Shown here one piece after another: positions 1 through 10,378 of a DNA stretch of 64,000 nt (positions are counted from its first letter, which is position 1; every line of letters starts with the position of its first letter). This stretch comes from Yuukianura sp. NJ FZ-2021 (taxonomy: Eukaryota). Where the stretch lies: NCBI GenBank assembly GCA_046563655.1, contig CM102287.1, positions 248,001-312,000 on the forward strand. The letters run 5' to 3'. A program made the position numbers and the translations under genes. The notes beneath the pieces are model-generated. The model saw only the letters and a list, made by a program, of their open reading frames with translations. It had not been told where the DNA came from and ran no database searches.

Positions 1-3000
1 TAGAAAAACTACCTTTCTAAATACCCACCTTTGAAAGTGTACTCACATCAATTTCAAGTCGGTGAATCCGAATTTGCAATTAGATTTCACCGGCAATCCA
101 TATTTCTCGAGATACAGCCATTTTGTGAATTTGCAGAGGAATTTTACCCCATACAAAATTCTAGAAAAACTACCTTTTTAAATGTCCACCTTTGAAAGTA
201 TACTCACATCAATTTCAAGTCGGTGAATCCGAATTTGCAATCAGATTTCACCGGAAATCCATATTTCTCGAGATACAGCCATTTTGTGAATTTGCAGAGC
301 AATTTAACCCCCTACAAAATTCTAGAAAAACTACCTTTCTAAATACCCAGCTTTGAAAGTGTACTCACATCAATTTCAAGTCGGTGAATCCGAATTCGCA
401 ATCAGATTTCACCGGAAATCCATATTTCTCGAGATACAGCCATTTTGTGAATTTGCTGAGCAATTTAACCCACTACAAAGTTCTAGAAAAACTACCTTTC
501 TAAATACCCAACTTTGAAAGTGTACTCACATCAATTTCAAGTCGGTGAATCCGAATTTGCAATTTGATCTCACCGGAAATCCATATTTCTCGAGATACAG
601 CCATTTTGTGAATTTGCGGAGCAATTTAACACCCCTTCAAAATTCTAGAAAAACACCTTTCTAAATACCCAACTTTGAAAGTGTAATCACATCAATTTCA
701 AATCGGTGAATCCAAATTCGCAATTAGATTTCACCGGAAATCCATATTTCTCGAGATACAGCCATTTTGTGAATTTGCAGAGCAATTTAACCCCCTTCAA
801 AATTCTAGAAAAACTACCTTTCTAAATACCCACCTTTGAAAGTGTACTCACATCAATTTCAAGTCGGTGAATCCGAATTGGCAATTAGATTTCACCGGCA
901 ATCCATATTTCTCGAGATACAGCCATTTTGTGAATTTGCAGAGGAATTTTACCCCATACAAAATTCTAGAAAAACTACCTTTTTAAATGTCCACCTTTGA
1001 AAGTATACTCACATCAATTTCAAGTCGGTGAATCCGAATTTGCAATCAGATTTCACCGGAAATCCATATTTCTCGAGATACAGCCATTTTGTGAATTTGC
1101 GGAGCAATTTAACCCCTACAAAATTCTAGAAAAACTACCTTTCTAAATACCCAACTTTGAAAGTGTACTCACATCAATTTCAAGTCGGTGAATCCAAATT
1201 CGCAATTAGATTTCACCGGAAATCCATATTTCTCGAGATACAGCCATTTTGTGAATTTGCAGAGCAATTTAACCCCCTTCAAAATTCTAGAAAAACTACC
1301 TTTCTAAATACCCAACTTTGAAAGTGTACTCACATCAATTTCAAGTCGGTGAATCCGAATTTGCAATTAGATTTCACCGGCAATCCATATTTCTCGAGAT
1401 ACAGCCATTTTGTGAATTTGCAGAGCAATTTAACCCCCTTCAAAATTCTAGAAAAACTACCTTTCTAAATACCCAACTTTGAAAGTGTACTCACATCAAT
1501 TTCAAGTCGGTGAATCCGAATTTGCAATTAGATTTCACCGGAAATCCATATTTCTCGAGATACAGCCATTTTGTGAATTTGCAGAGCAATTTAACCCCCT
1601 TCAAAATTCTAGAAAAACTACCTTTCTAAATACCCAACTTTGAAAGTGTACTCACATCAATTTCAAGTCGGTGAATCGGAATTCGCAATTAGATTTCACC
1701 GGAAATCCATATTTCTCGAGATACAGCCATTTTGTGAATTTGCAGAGCAATTTAACCCCCTACAAAATTCTAGAAAAACTACCTTTCTAAATACCCAACT
1801 TTGAAAGTGTACTCACATCAATTTCAAGTCGGTGAATCCAAATTCGCAATCAGATTTCACCGGAAATCCATATTTCTCGAGATACAGCCATTTTGTGAAT
1901 TTGCGGAGCAATTTAACCCCTTCAAAATTCTAGAAAAACTACCTTTCTAAATACCCAACTTTGAAAGTGTACTCACATCAATTTCAAGTCGGTGAATCCG
2001 AATTTGCAATTTGATCTCACCGGAAATCCATATTTCTCGAGATACAGCCATTTTGTGAATTTGCGGAGCTATTTAACCCCCTTCAAAATTCTAGAAAAAC
2101 TACCTTTCTAAATACCCAACTTTGAAAGTGTACTCACATCAATTTCAAGTCGGTGAATCCGAATTTGCAATTAGATTTCACCGGCAATCCATATTTCTCG
2201 AGATACAGCCATTTTGTGAATTTGCAGAGGAATTTTACCCCCTACAAAATTCTAGAAAAACTACCTTTTTAAATGTCCACCTTTGAAAGTATACTCACAT
2301 CAATTTCAAGTCGGTGAATCCGAATTTGCAATTTGATCTCACCGGAAATCCATATTTCTCGAGATACAGCCATTTTGTGAATTTGCGGAGCAATTTAACC
2401 CCCTTCAAAATTCTAGAAAAACTACCTTTCTAAATACCCAACTTTGAAAGTGTACTCACATCAATTTCAAGTCGGTGAATCCAAATTCGCAATTAGATTT
2501 CAACGGAAATCCATATTTCTCGAGATACAGCCATTTTGTGAATTTGCAGAGCAATTTAACCCCTTCAAAATTCTAGAAAAACTACCTTTCTAAATACCCA
2601 ACTTTGAAAGTGTACTCACATCAATTTCAAGTCGGTGAATCCGAATTTGCAATTAGATTTCACCGGCAATCCATATTTCTCGAGATACAGCCATTTTGTG
2701 AATTTGCAGAGCAATTTTACCCCCTACAAAATTCTAGAAAAACTACCTTTCTAAATGTCCACCTTTGAAAGTCTACTCACATCAATTTCAAGTCGGTGAA
2801 TCCGAATTTGCAATCAGATTTCACCGGAAATCCATATTTCTCGAGATACAGCCATTTTGTGAATTTGCAGAGCAATTTAACCCCGTTCAAAATTCTAGAA
2901 AAACTACCTTTCTAAATACCCAACTTTGAAAGTGTACTCACATCAATTTCAAGTCGGTGAATCCGAATTTGCAATTAGATTTCACCGGAAATCCATATTT

Positions 3001-5242
3001 CTCGAGATACAGCCATTTTGTGAATTTGCAGAGCAATTTTACGCCCTACAAAATTCTAGAAAAACTACCTTTTTAAATGTCCACCTTTGAAAGTATACTC
3101 ACATCAATTTCAAGTCGGTGAATCCGAATTTGCAATCAGATTTCACAGGAAATCATATTTCTCGAGATACAGCAATTTTGTGAATTTGCAGAGCAATTTA
3201 ACCCCCTTCAAAATTCTAGAAAAACTACCTTTCTAAATACCCACCTTTGAAAGTGTACTCACATCAATTTCAAGTCGGTGAATCCAAATTCGCAATTAGA
3301 TTTCACCGGAAATCCATATTTCTCGAGATACAGCCATTTTGTGAATTTGCAGAGCAATTTAACCCCCTTCAAAATTCTAGAAAAACTACCTTTCTAAATA
3401 CCCAACTTTGAAAGTGTACTCACATCAATTTCAAGTCGGTGAATCCGAATTTGCAATTAGATTTCACCGGAAATCCATATTTCTCGAGATACAGCCATTT
3501 TGTGAATTTGCAGAGCAATTTAACCCCTTCAAAATTCTAGAAAAACTACCTTTCTAAATACCCAACTTTGAAAGTGTACTCACATCAATTTCAAGTCGGT
3601 GAATCCGAATTTGCAATTAGATTTCACCGGAAATCCATATTTCTCGAGATACAGCCATTTTGTGAATTTGCAGAGCAATTTAACCCCCTACAAAATTCTA
3701 GAAAAACTACCTTTCTAAATACCCAACTTTGAAAGTGTACTCACATCAATTTCAAGTCGGTGAATCCAAATTCGCAATCAGATTTCACCGGAAATCCATA
3801 TTTCTCGAGATACAGCCATTTTGTGAATTTGCGGAGCAATTTAACCCCCTTCAAAATTCTAGAAAAACTACCTTTCTAAATACCCACCTTTGTAAGTGTA
3901 CTCACATCAATTTCAAGTCGGTGAATCCAAATTCGCAATTAGATTTCACCGGAAATCCATATTTCTCGAGATACAGCCATTTTGTGAATTTGCAGAGCAA
4001 TTTAACCCCCTACAAAATTCTAGAAAAACTACCTTTCTAAATACCCAACTTTGAAAGTGTACTCACATCAATTTCAAGTCAGTGAATCCAAATTCGCAAT
4101 CAGATTTCACCGGAAATCCATATTTCTCGAGATACAGCCATTTTGTGAATTTGCGGAGCAATTTAACCCCCTTCAAAATTCTAGAAAAACTACCTTTCTA
4201 AATACCCAACTTTGAAAGTGTACTCACATCAATTTCAAGTCGGTGAATCCGAATTTGCAATTTGATCTCACCGGAAATCCATATTTCTCGAGATACAGCC
4301 ATTTTGTGAATTTGCGGAGCAATTTAACCCCCTTCAAAATTCTAGAAAAACACCTTTCTAAATACCCAACTTTGAAAGTGTAATCACATCAATTTCAAAT
4401 CGGTGAATCCAAATTCGCAATTAGATTTCACCGGAAATCCATATTTCTCGAGATACAGCCATTTTGTGAATTTGCAGAGCAATTTAACCCCCTTCAAAAT
4501 TCTAGAAAAACTACCTTTCTAAATACCCACCTTTGAAAGTGTACTCACATCAATTTCAAGTCGGTGAATCCGAATTGGCAATTAGATTTCACCGGCAATC
4601 CATATTTCTCGAGATACAGCCATTTTGTGAATTTGCAGAGGAATTTTACCCCATACAAAATTCTAGAAAAACTACCTTTTTAAATGTCCACCTTTGAAAG
4701 TATACTCACATCAATTTCAAGTCGGTGAATCCGAATTTGCAATCAGATTTCACCGGAAATCCATATTTCTCGAGATACAGCCATTTTGTGAATTTGCGGA
4801 GCAATTTAACCCCCTACAAAATTCTAGAAAAACTACCTTTCTAAATACCCAACTTTGAAAGTGTAATCACATCAATTTCAAGTCGGTGAATCCAAATTCG
4901 CAATTAGATTTCAACGGAAATCCATATTTCTCGAGATACAGCCATTTTGTGAATTTGCAGAGCAATTTAACCCCTTCAAAATTCTAGAAAAACTACCTTT
5001 CTAAATACCCAACTTTGAAAGTGTACTCACATCAATTTCAAGTCGGTGAATCCGATTTTTCAATTAGATTTCACCGGAAATCCATATTTCTCGAGATACA
5101 GCCATTTTGTGAATTTGCAGAGCAATTTAACCCCCTTCAAAATTCTAGAAAAACTACCTTTCTAAATACCCAACTTTGAAAGTGTACTCACATCAATTTC
5201 AAGTCGGTGAATCCGATTTTTCAATTAGATTTCACCGGAAAT

Positions 5243-5600
5243 TGTTGGCGTCTGCTACTCCGAGGATTAGGTTATGCCAGTTTTGGTGAGATGCGGCGGA
5301 GGAGTCGCGGTAGATTTGAGATGCGGTGTGGGTTTAGAGAGAGAGGAGATTTAGTGTAGTAGAGTTTAGTCTTGGATTGGCTTTAGAGTGAGTTGGAGAT
5401 CAGTAGTTATGATCATTCATTATTCAGTTGTTCTTTGAGTTTATTTTATCGATTCAATAAATATACATCATATATTTATTCATCGATCGGTTGTTCATGC
5501 AGTGGTGATTGTTTGTGGTCATTTGGGTCTGAGAGCCTGTTGGCTCAGAGAGTAGTCTGGTGGAGTATTTTTCAGTTGTTTAGCGTCGTAGGGCGTTACA
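5243..5600 (+). mobile_element. Solo LTR (358 bp) of the non-autonomous element at 6892-10378
   Basis: TGTTGGCG...GCGTTACA termini; 4-bp TSD AAAT at 5239-5242 and 5601-5604; matches the LTR at 6892-7254 except for a ~5-bp deletion near 5280. Confidence 0.95.
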
Positions 5601-6891
5601 AAATCCATATTTCTCGAGATACAGCCATTTTGTGAATTTGCAGAGGAATTTTACCCCATACAAAATTCTAGAAAAACTACCTTTCTAAATACCCACCTTT
5701 GAAAGTGTACTCACATCAATTTCAAGTCGGTGAATCCGAATTGGCAATTAGATTTCACCGGCAATCCATATTTCTCGAGATACAGCCATTTTGTGAATTT
5801 GCAGAGGAATTTTACCCCATACAAAATTCTAGAAAAACTACCTTTCTAAATACCCACCTTTGAAAGTATACTCACATCAATTTCAAGTCGGTGAATCCGA
5901 ATTTGCAATCAGATTTCACCGGAAATCCATATTTCTCGAGATACAGCCATTTTGTGAATTTGCGGAGCAATTTAACCCCCTTCAAAATTCTAGAAAAACA
6001 CCTTTCTAAATACCCAACTTTGAAAGTGTAATCACATCAATTTCAAATCGGTGAATCCAAATTCGCAATTAGATTTCACCGGAAATCCATATTTCTCGAG
6101 ATACAGCCATTTTGTGAATTTGCAGAGCAATTTAACCCCCTTCAAAATTCTAGAAAAACTACCTTTCTAAATACCCACCTTTGAAAGTGTACTCACATCA
6201 ATTTCAAGTCGGTGAATCCGAATTGGCAATTAGATTTCACCGGCAATCCATATTTCTCGAGATACAGCCATTTTGTGAATTTGCAGAGGAATTTTACCCC
6301 ATACAAAATTCTAGAAAAACTACCTTTTTAAATGTCCACCTTTGAAAGTATACTCACATCAATTTCAAGTCGGTGAATCCGAATTTGCAATCAGATTTCA
6401 CCGGAAATCCATATTTCTCGAGATACAGCCATTTTGTGAATTTGCGGAGCAATTTAACCCCCTACAAAATTCTAGAAAAACTACCTTTCTAAATACCCAA
6501 CTTTGAAAGTGTAATCACATCAATTTCAAGTCGGTGAATCCAAATTCGCAATTAGATTTCAACGGAAATCCATATTTCTCGAGATACAGCCATTTTGTGA
6601 ATTTGCAGAGCAATTTAACCCCCTTCAAAATTCTAGAAAAACTACCTTTCTAAATACCCAACTTTGAAAGTGTACTCACATCAATTTCAAGTCGGTGAAT
6701 CCGATTTTTCAATTAGATTTCACCGGAAATCCATATTTCTCGAGATACAGCCATTTTGTGAATTTGCAGAGCAATTTAACCCCCTTCAAAATTCTAGAAA
6801 AACTACCTTTCTAAATACCCAACTTTGAAAGTGTACTCACATCAATTTCAAGTCGGTGAATCCGATTTTTCAATTAGATTTCACCGGAAAT

Positions 6892-7254
6892 TGTTGGCGT
6901 CTGCTACTCCGAGGATTAGGTTATGCCAGTTAGGCCTTGGTGAGATGCGGCGGAGGAGTCGCGGTAGATTTGAGATGCGGTGTGGGTTTAGAGAGAGAGG
7001 AGATTTAGTGTAGTAGAGTTTAGTCTTGGATTGGCTTTAGAGTGAGTTGGAGATCAGTAGTTATGATCATTCATTATTCAGTTGTTCTTTGAGTTTATTT
7101 TATCGATTCAATAAATATACATCATATATTTATTCATCGATCGGTTGTTCATGCAGTGGTGATTGTTTGTGGTCATTTGGGTCTGAGAGCCTGTTGGCTC
7201 AGAGAGTAGTCTGGTGGAGTATTTTTCAGTTGTTTAGCGTCGTAGGGCGTTACA
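6892..7254 (+). repeat. 5' LTR
   Basis: TG...CA ends; direct repeat of 10016-10378; contains AATAAA. Confidence 0.95.
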
Positions 7255-7256
7255 CA

Positions 7257-7266
7257 TGGCGACCGT
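7257..7266 (+). promoter_or_regulatory. Primer binding site TGGCGACCGT (tRNA-Arg type)
   Basis: Lies 2 nt after the LTR; complementary to the ...ACGGTCGCCA 3' end of tRNA-Arg as recalled for 412/mdg1-type elements; same PBS at 48100. Confidence 0.8.
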
Positions 7267-7632
7267 TTGCGTACAGATCCAGTGACCTGGAGGTCACCAA
7301 AGGTCAACGAAGATAAACGTGAGCAAAAACTGTAAAAATTTTGTGTCAAAAAAGTGGTGTTTCATGCATTCAGAATATGGGAGTCGCTAACAGCGGCCTC
7401 CGTTTCACCAAGGGGAGTCACTGATAGTGGCCTCCGCTCATGTCAAAGGTCACGAATGACCAAGATTCAGTGTAATTTGTGCAGTTCCGAGATAAAGAAG
7501 TGATTAATCAGTACCATTTTGGTACCGAAAACGGATCTAGTTTTGCTGCGACAGAACATTTCATTCATTGTGTAGTTCGCCTCCGTGTGCGTGCTTAGTG
7601 ATTAAGTGCCGTCTCCTGCGGGTGATTGGGCC

Positions 7633-8436
7633 ATGGCAACTTACACACAAGAAGATGTAGAAAAAATTGTGCATGTGGTATTGCACAAAGTAGTGGATAG
7701 CATGCAGGTTGTAGTTCAAAAAATGGCAGAGGGAGTCGCTGCTGCGGCCTCCAGTGAAAGTGCACATTCGACAGAGGCGCTTATTTCGGCCCTGCAACAC
7801 GTGCAACTCGTTTCAAAACCAACTCACGCCATAGTTCCTGAGTGTGCCGCTACAAATAAAATGGCAGCGGTGTCTACCAGTAATGTGAAAATGTTCAGTG
7901 ATTCAAAAGTTGATGTAAACAAGAAATGTGACAAATGTGAACAAGTGAACAAGAAATGTGACAAATGTGAACAAGTGAACAAGAAATGTGACAAATGTGA
8001 CCGAGTGAACAAAAAATGTGATAATTGTGACCAAGTGCAGTCAAAAATTTTTAAGTCAAGAAAAGTGAGCAGTGACATTATGGTGGCACATGAGAGCCAC
8101 CAAAAGCATGAAAATTATTCAAAGCCCATGAGAGTCAACACCGTTGGCTTCCGCTCGACAAAAATTTTTGGAAGAAGTGGTGCTCGTGGAAATTATAGTG
8201 GAAGTGTTAGTACCCGTGGAAAGGGACAAGTGGTTAAACAGAGGATTCCGCAGAAGTTCGAAGACATATTATGCTATCGTTGCTCTGGCTACGGCCATAA
8301 GCAGTATCAGTGTCCAACGCCAGTGATTTTGGCTAGTGGCTCAGCTGATTTGGAAAATGTTTCAGAGGGATATGGCGAACATGGAGAGGAAAGTGATTGT
8401 GCAGAAGATGAAAATGTTCCAGAAGATTTAAACTGA
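7633..8436 (+). CDS. Gag-like / nucleocapsid-like protein with CCHC zinc knuckle and CxxC repeats
   Basis: ATG at 7633 in good Kozak context; CYRCSGYGHKQYQC knuckle; first ORF after the PBS; no clear capsid homology seen. Confidence 0.65.
   Translation: MATYTQEDVEKIVHVVLHKVVDSMQVVVQKMAEGVAAAASSESAHSTEALISALQHVQLVSKPTHAIVPECAATNKMAAVSTSNVKMFSDSKVDVNKKCDKCEQVNKKCDKCEQVNKKCDKCDRVNKKCDNCDQVQSKIFKSRKVSSDIMVAHESHQKHENYSKPMRVNTVGFRSTKIFGRSGARGNYSGSVSTRGKGQVVKQRIPQKFEDILCYRCSGYGHKQYQCPTPVILASGSADLENVSEGYGEHGEESDCAEDENVPEDLN
7918..8037 (+). repeat. 30-bp tandem repeat, about 4 copies, encoding NKKCDKCEQV
   Basis: AACAAGAAATGTGACAAATGTGAACAAGTG repeated in tandem. Confidence 0.9.
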
Positions 8437-8519
8437 AGAAGGGGAATGACATTTCGTCCATCATTCACCCTAGTGTCAAGTTGTGTCCGGACGAAGTAGT
8501 TCAGTGTTGTGGTGTAAAT

Positions 8520-10043
8520 ATGGAGTTGTATATTAGTCAGTTCGATTTTGTAAATAGTGGTTTCGTGTGGCAGAAGAGGGAAAATAAGAGGATTTTGGAG
8601 GATCTGGTGATTAAGTCATGGAGAGTTCCAGAGAAGCATCAATATGGCTGGATGTCTGCGGAAGGGGACGCCTTTTCACGGGATCCAGTGCCATTAGAAG
8701 ATGAAGATTGTACAGTGAACGAGGACTCTCCCGAAGACAGTTATTCGCTAATGCGCATGGCGGTACTGTGCTTCATCCCTCCAAGGATCCAGGAAGTGAG
8801 AAGTGAAGTGGATTGTGTAGTGTGTCGTGTTACCATGGAAGAAGAGTATGACCACGGGGGTGGCATACTGACGCAGAATGAGGGGTTGAAAGTAGTCCTC
8901 ATTGAAGAGAGATGTTCGGGAACGAGGCCTCAATCTTCCGACGTCGCTCAAGAGTACGTTGTCCCGGTCCAAAGTGACAAGGCTCGCAGCGTTACTCAAG
9001 CTCCAAAAAGAGAGCTTCTAAAGAAAGTCTTCGGTATGAAAGTTACCAAGACAGAGAACGTTGTCCCAGCCACAATCGGCGAGGCTCGCAGCGTTGCTCA
9101 AGCTCCAAAATGTGGGCTTTTACAAAAAGTGTTAGTTCTGAGTGTTAAAATTAAGGAGAACGTTCGCCCGGCAGTGCTGAAGTGCGGCGTTACTCAATTT
9201 GTCAAAAGTGAGAGTTACAGTGCTGTGGTACTAAGTGATAAGACAGAAGAAATTGAAAATGAGTTTAAAATTGAAATGAAGATCGCTGTCCTGGCATGGC
9301 TGGCTCGCAGCGTTTCTTGTGCTACATGCATTGTGTTGTTTAGGGTCTCATTCCCTCAAAATTTAAAAAGTGAAAAAGTTAAAAGTGTATGCAAAAGTGA
9401 TGATGTGAAATTATTGGTTCAAAATTGGTTGAAGTGCGGTGGTTTTCTGTGCACAGGTTCTGAGTCGTGGGTCTCACTGTCCCGTAAAGTGAAGGAAGGT
9501 GGAGCTCAGAATCTGTGGCAGTTAATGGGAGTCAATTTATTGGCCTCCGCTTATTTTAGTTCGAGTAGTGCTCATTGTCTACAAGTTCAGCCGAGGGTCT
9601 CACTGTCCCGTAAAGTGAAGGAAGGAGGTGCTGAACGCTTGTGGAAATGTAGTGGACTCAGTTTTTTAGCAAAAATTTTGCCGAACATGAATTTGAAAAG
9701 TGGATGTGATGATGTGGGTACAAAGGGAGTTGTCTTGAAAACTTCCATTCAAGTGAAAAGTGACTTAGTGAGTGACAAGAAGAATGTGAAAGTGCCTGAC
9801 GTGTTGGATGGAGCGCTCGGGAGGAATCGGATGCTGCGGTTGACGATTACCAGGATGATGACTACGATGATGACTATGAGGAAGACTCCGCTGATGTCCA
9901 GGAGGAGGATGATGGAGTTTCGGAGCAGCAGAGGCAGCAGCCGCCTTGGGGGTTTGTCGCTGATGGATGTCGGCCCGGGTCGTCAGGCTCGACACCCATC
10001 ATCTGGAGAGGAATGTGTTGGCGTCTGCTACTCCGAGGATTAG
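8520..10043 (+). CDS. Long ORF2 of unknown function with internal repeats (may be non-coding)
   Basis: About 508 open codons from ATG 8520, running into the 3' LTR; no pol motifs; the homologous region in 47714-50474 has many stops. Confidence 0.35.
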   Translation: MELYISQFDFVNSGFVWQKRENKRILEDLVIKSWRVPEKHQYGWMSAEGDAFSRDPVPLEDEDCTVNEDSPEDSYSLMRMAVLCFIPPRIQEVRSEVDCVVCRVTMEEEYDHGGGILTQNEGLKVVLIEERCSGTRPQSSDVAQEYVVPVQSDKARSVTQAPKRELLKKVFGMKVTKTENVVPATIGEARSVAQAPKCGLLQKVLVLSVKIKENVRPAVLKCGVTQFVKSESYSAVVLSDKTEEIENEFKIEMKIAVLAWLARSVSCATCIVLFRVSFPQNLKSEKVKSVCKSDDVKLLVQNWLKCGGFLCTGSESWVSLSRKVKEGGAQNLWQLMGVNLLASAYFSSSSAHCLQVQPRVSLSRKVKEGGAERLWKCSGLSFLAKILPNMNLKSGCDDVGTKGVVLKTSIQVKSDLVSDKKNVKVPDVLDGALGRNRMLRLTITRMMTTMMTMRKTPLMSRRRMMEFRSSRGSSRLGGLSLMDVGPGRQARHPSSGEECVGVCYSED

Positions 10044-10378
10044 GTTATGCCAGTTAGGCCTTGGTGAGATGCGGCGGAGGAGTCGCGGTAGATTTGAGAT
10101 GCGGTGTGGGTTTAGAGAGAGAGGAGATTTAGTGTAGTAGAGTTTAGTCTTGGATTGGCTTTAGAGTGAGTTGGAGATCAGTAGTTATGATCATTCATTA
10201 TTCAGTTGTTCTTTGAGTTTATTTTATCGATTCAATAAATATACATCATATATTTATTCATCGATCGGTTGTTCATGCAGTGGTGATTGTTTGTGGTCAT
10301 TTGGGTCTGAGAGCCTGTTGGCTCAGAGAGTAGTCTGGTGGAGTATTTTTCAGTTGTTTAGCGTCGTAGGGCGTTACA
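10016..10378 (+). repeat. 3' LTR
   Basis: No differences from the 5' LTR seen by eye; followed by TSD AAAT. Confidence 0.95.

Larger units (their letters stand above)
6892..10378 (+). mobile_element. Non-autonomous LTR retroelement (3487 bp) with no recognisable RT, RNase H or integrase
   Basis: Two 363-bp LTRs, AAAT TSD (6888-6891 and 10379-10382), PBS, purine tract GGAGAGGAA before the 3' LTR, CCHC-knuckle ORF. Confidence 0.93.

Noticed and set aside
5393..5635. LTR-internal ORFs (also 7047, 10171, 23259, 26701, 34910, 50200)
   Set aside because: Short, non-ATG or low-complexity frames repeated only because the LTRs are repeated
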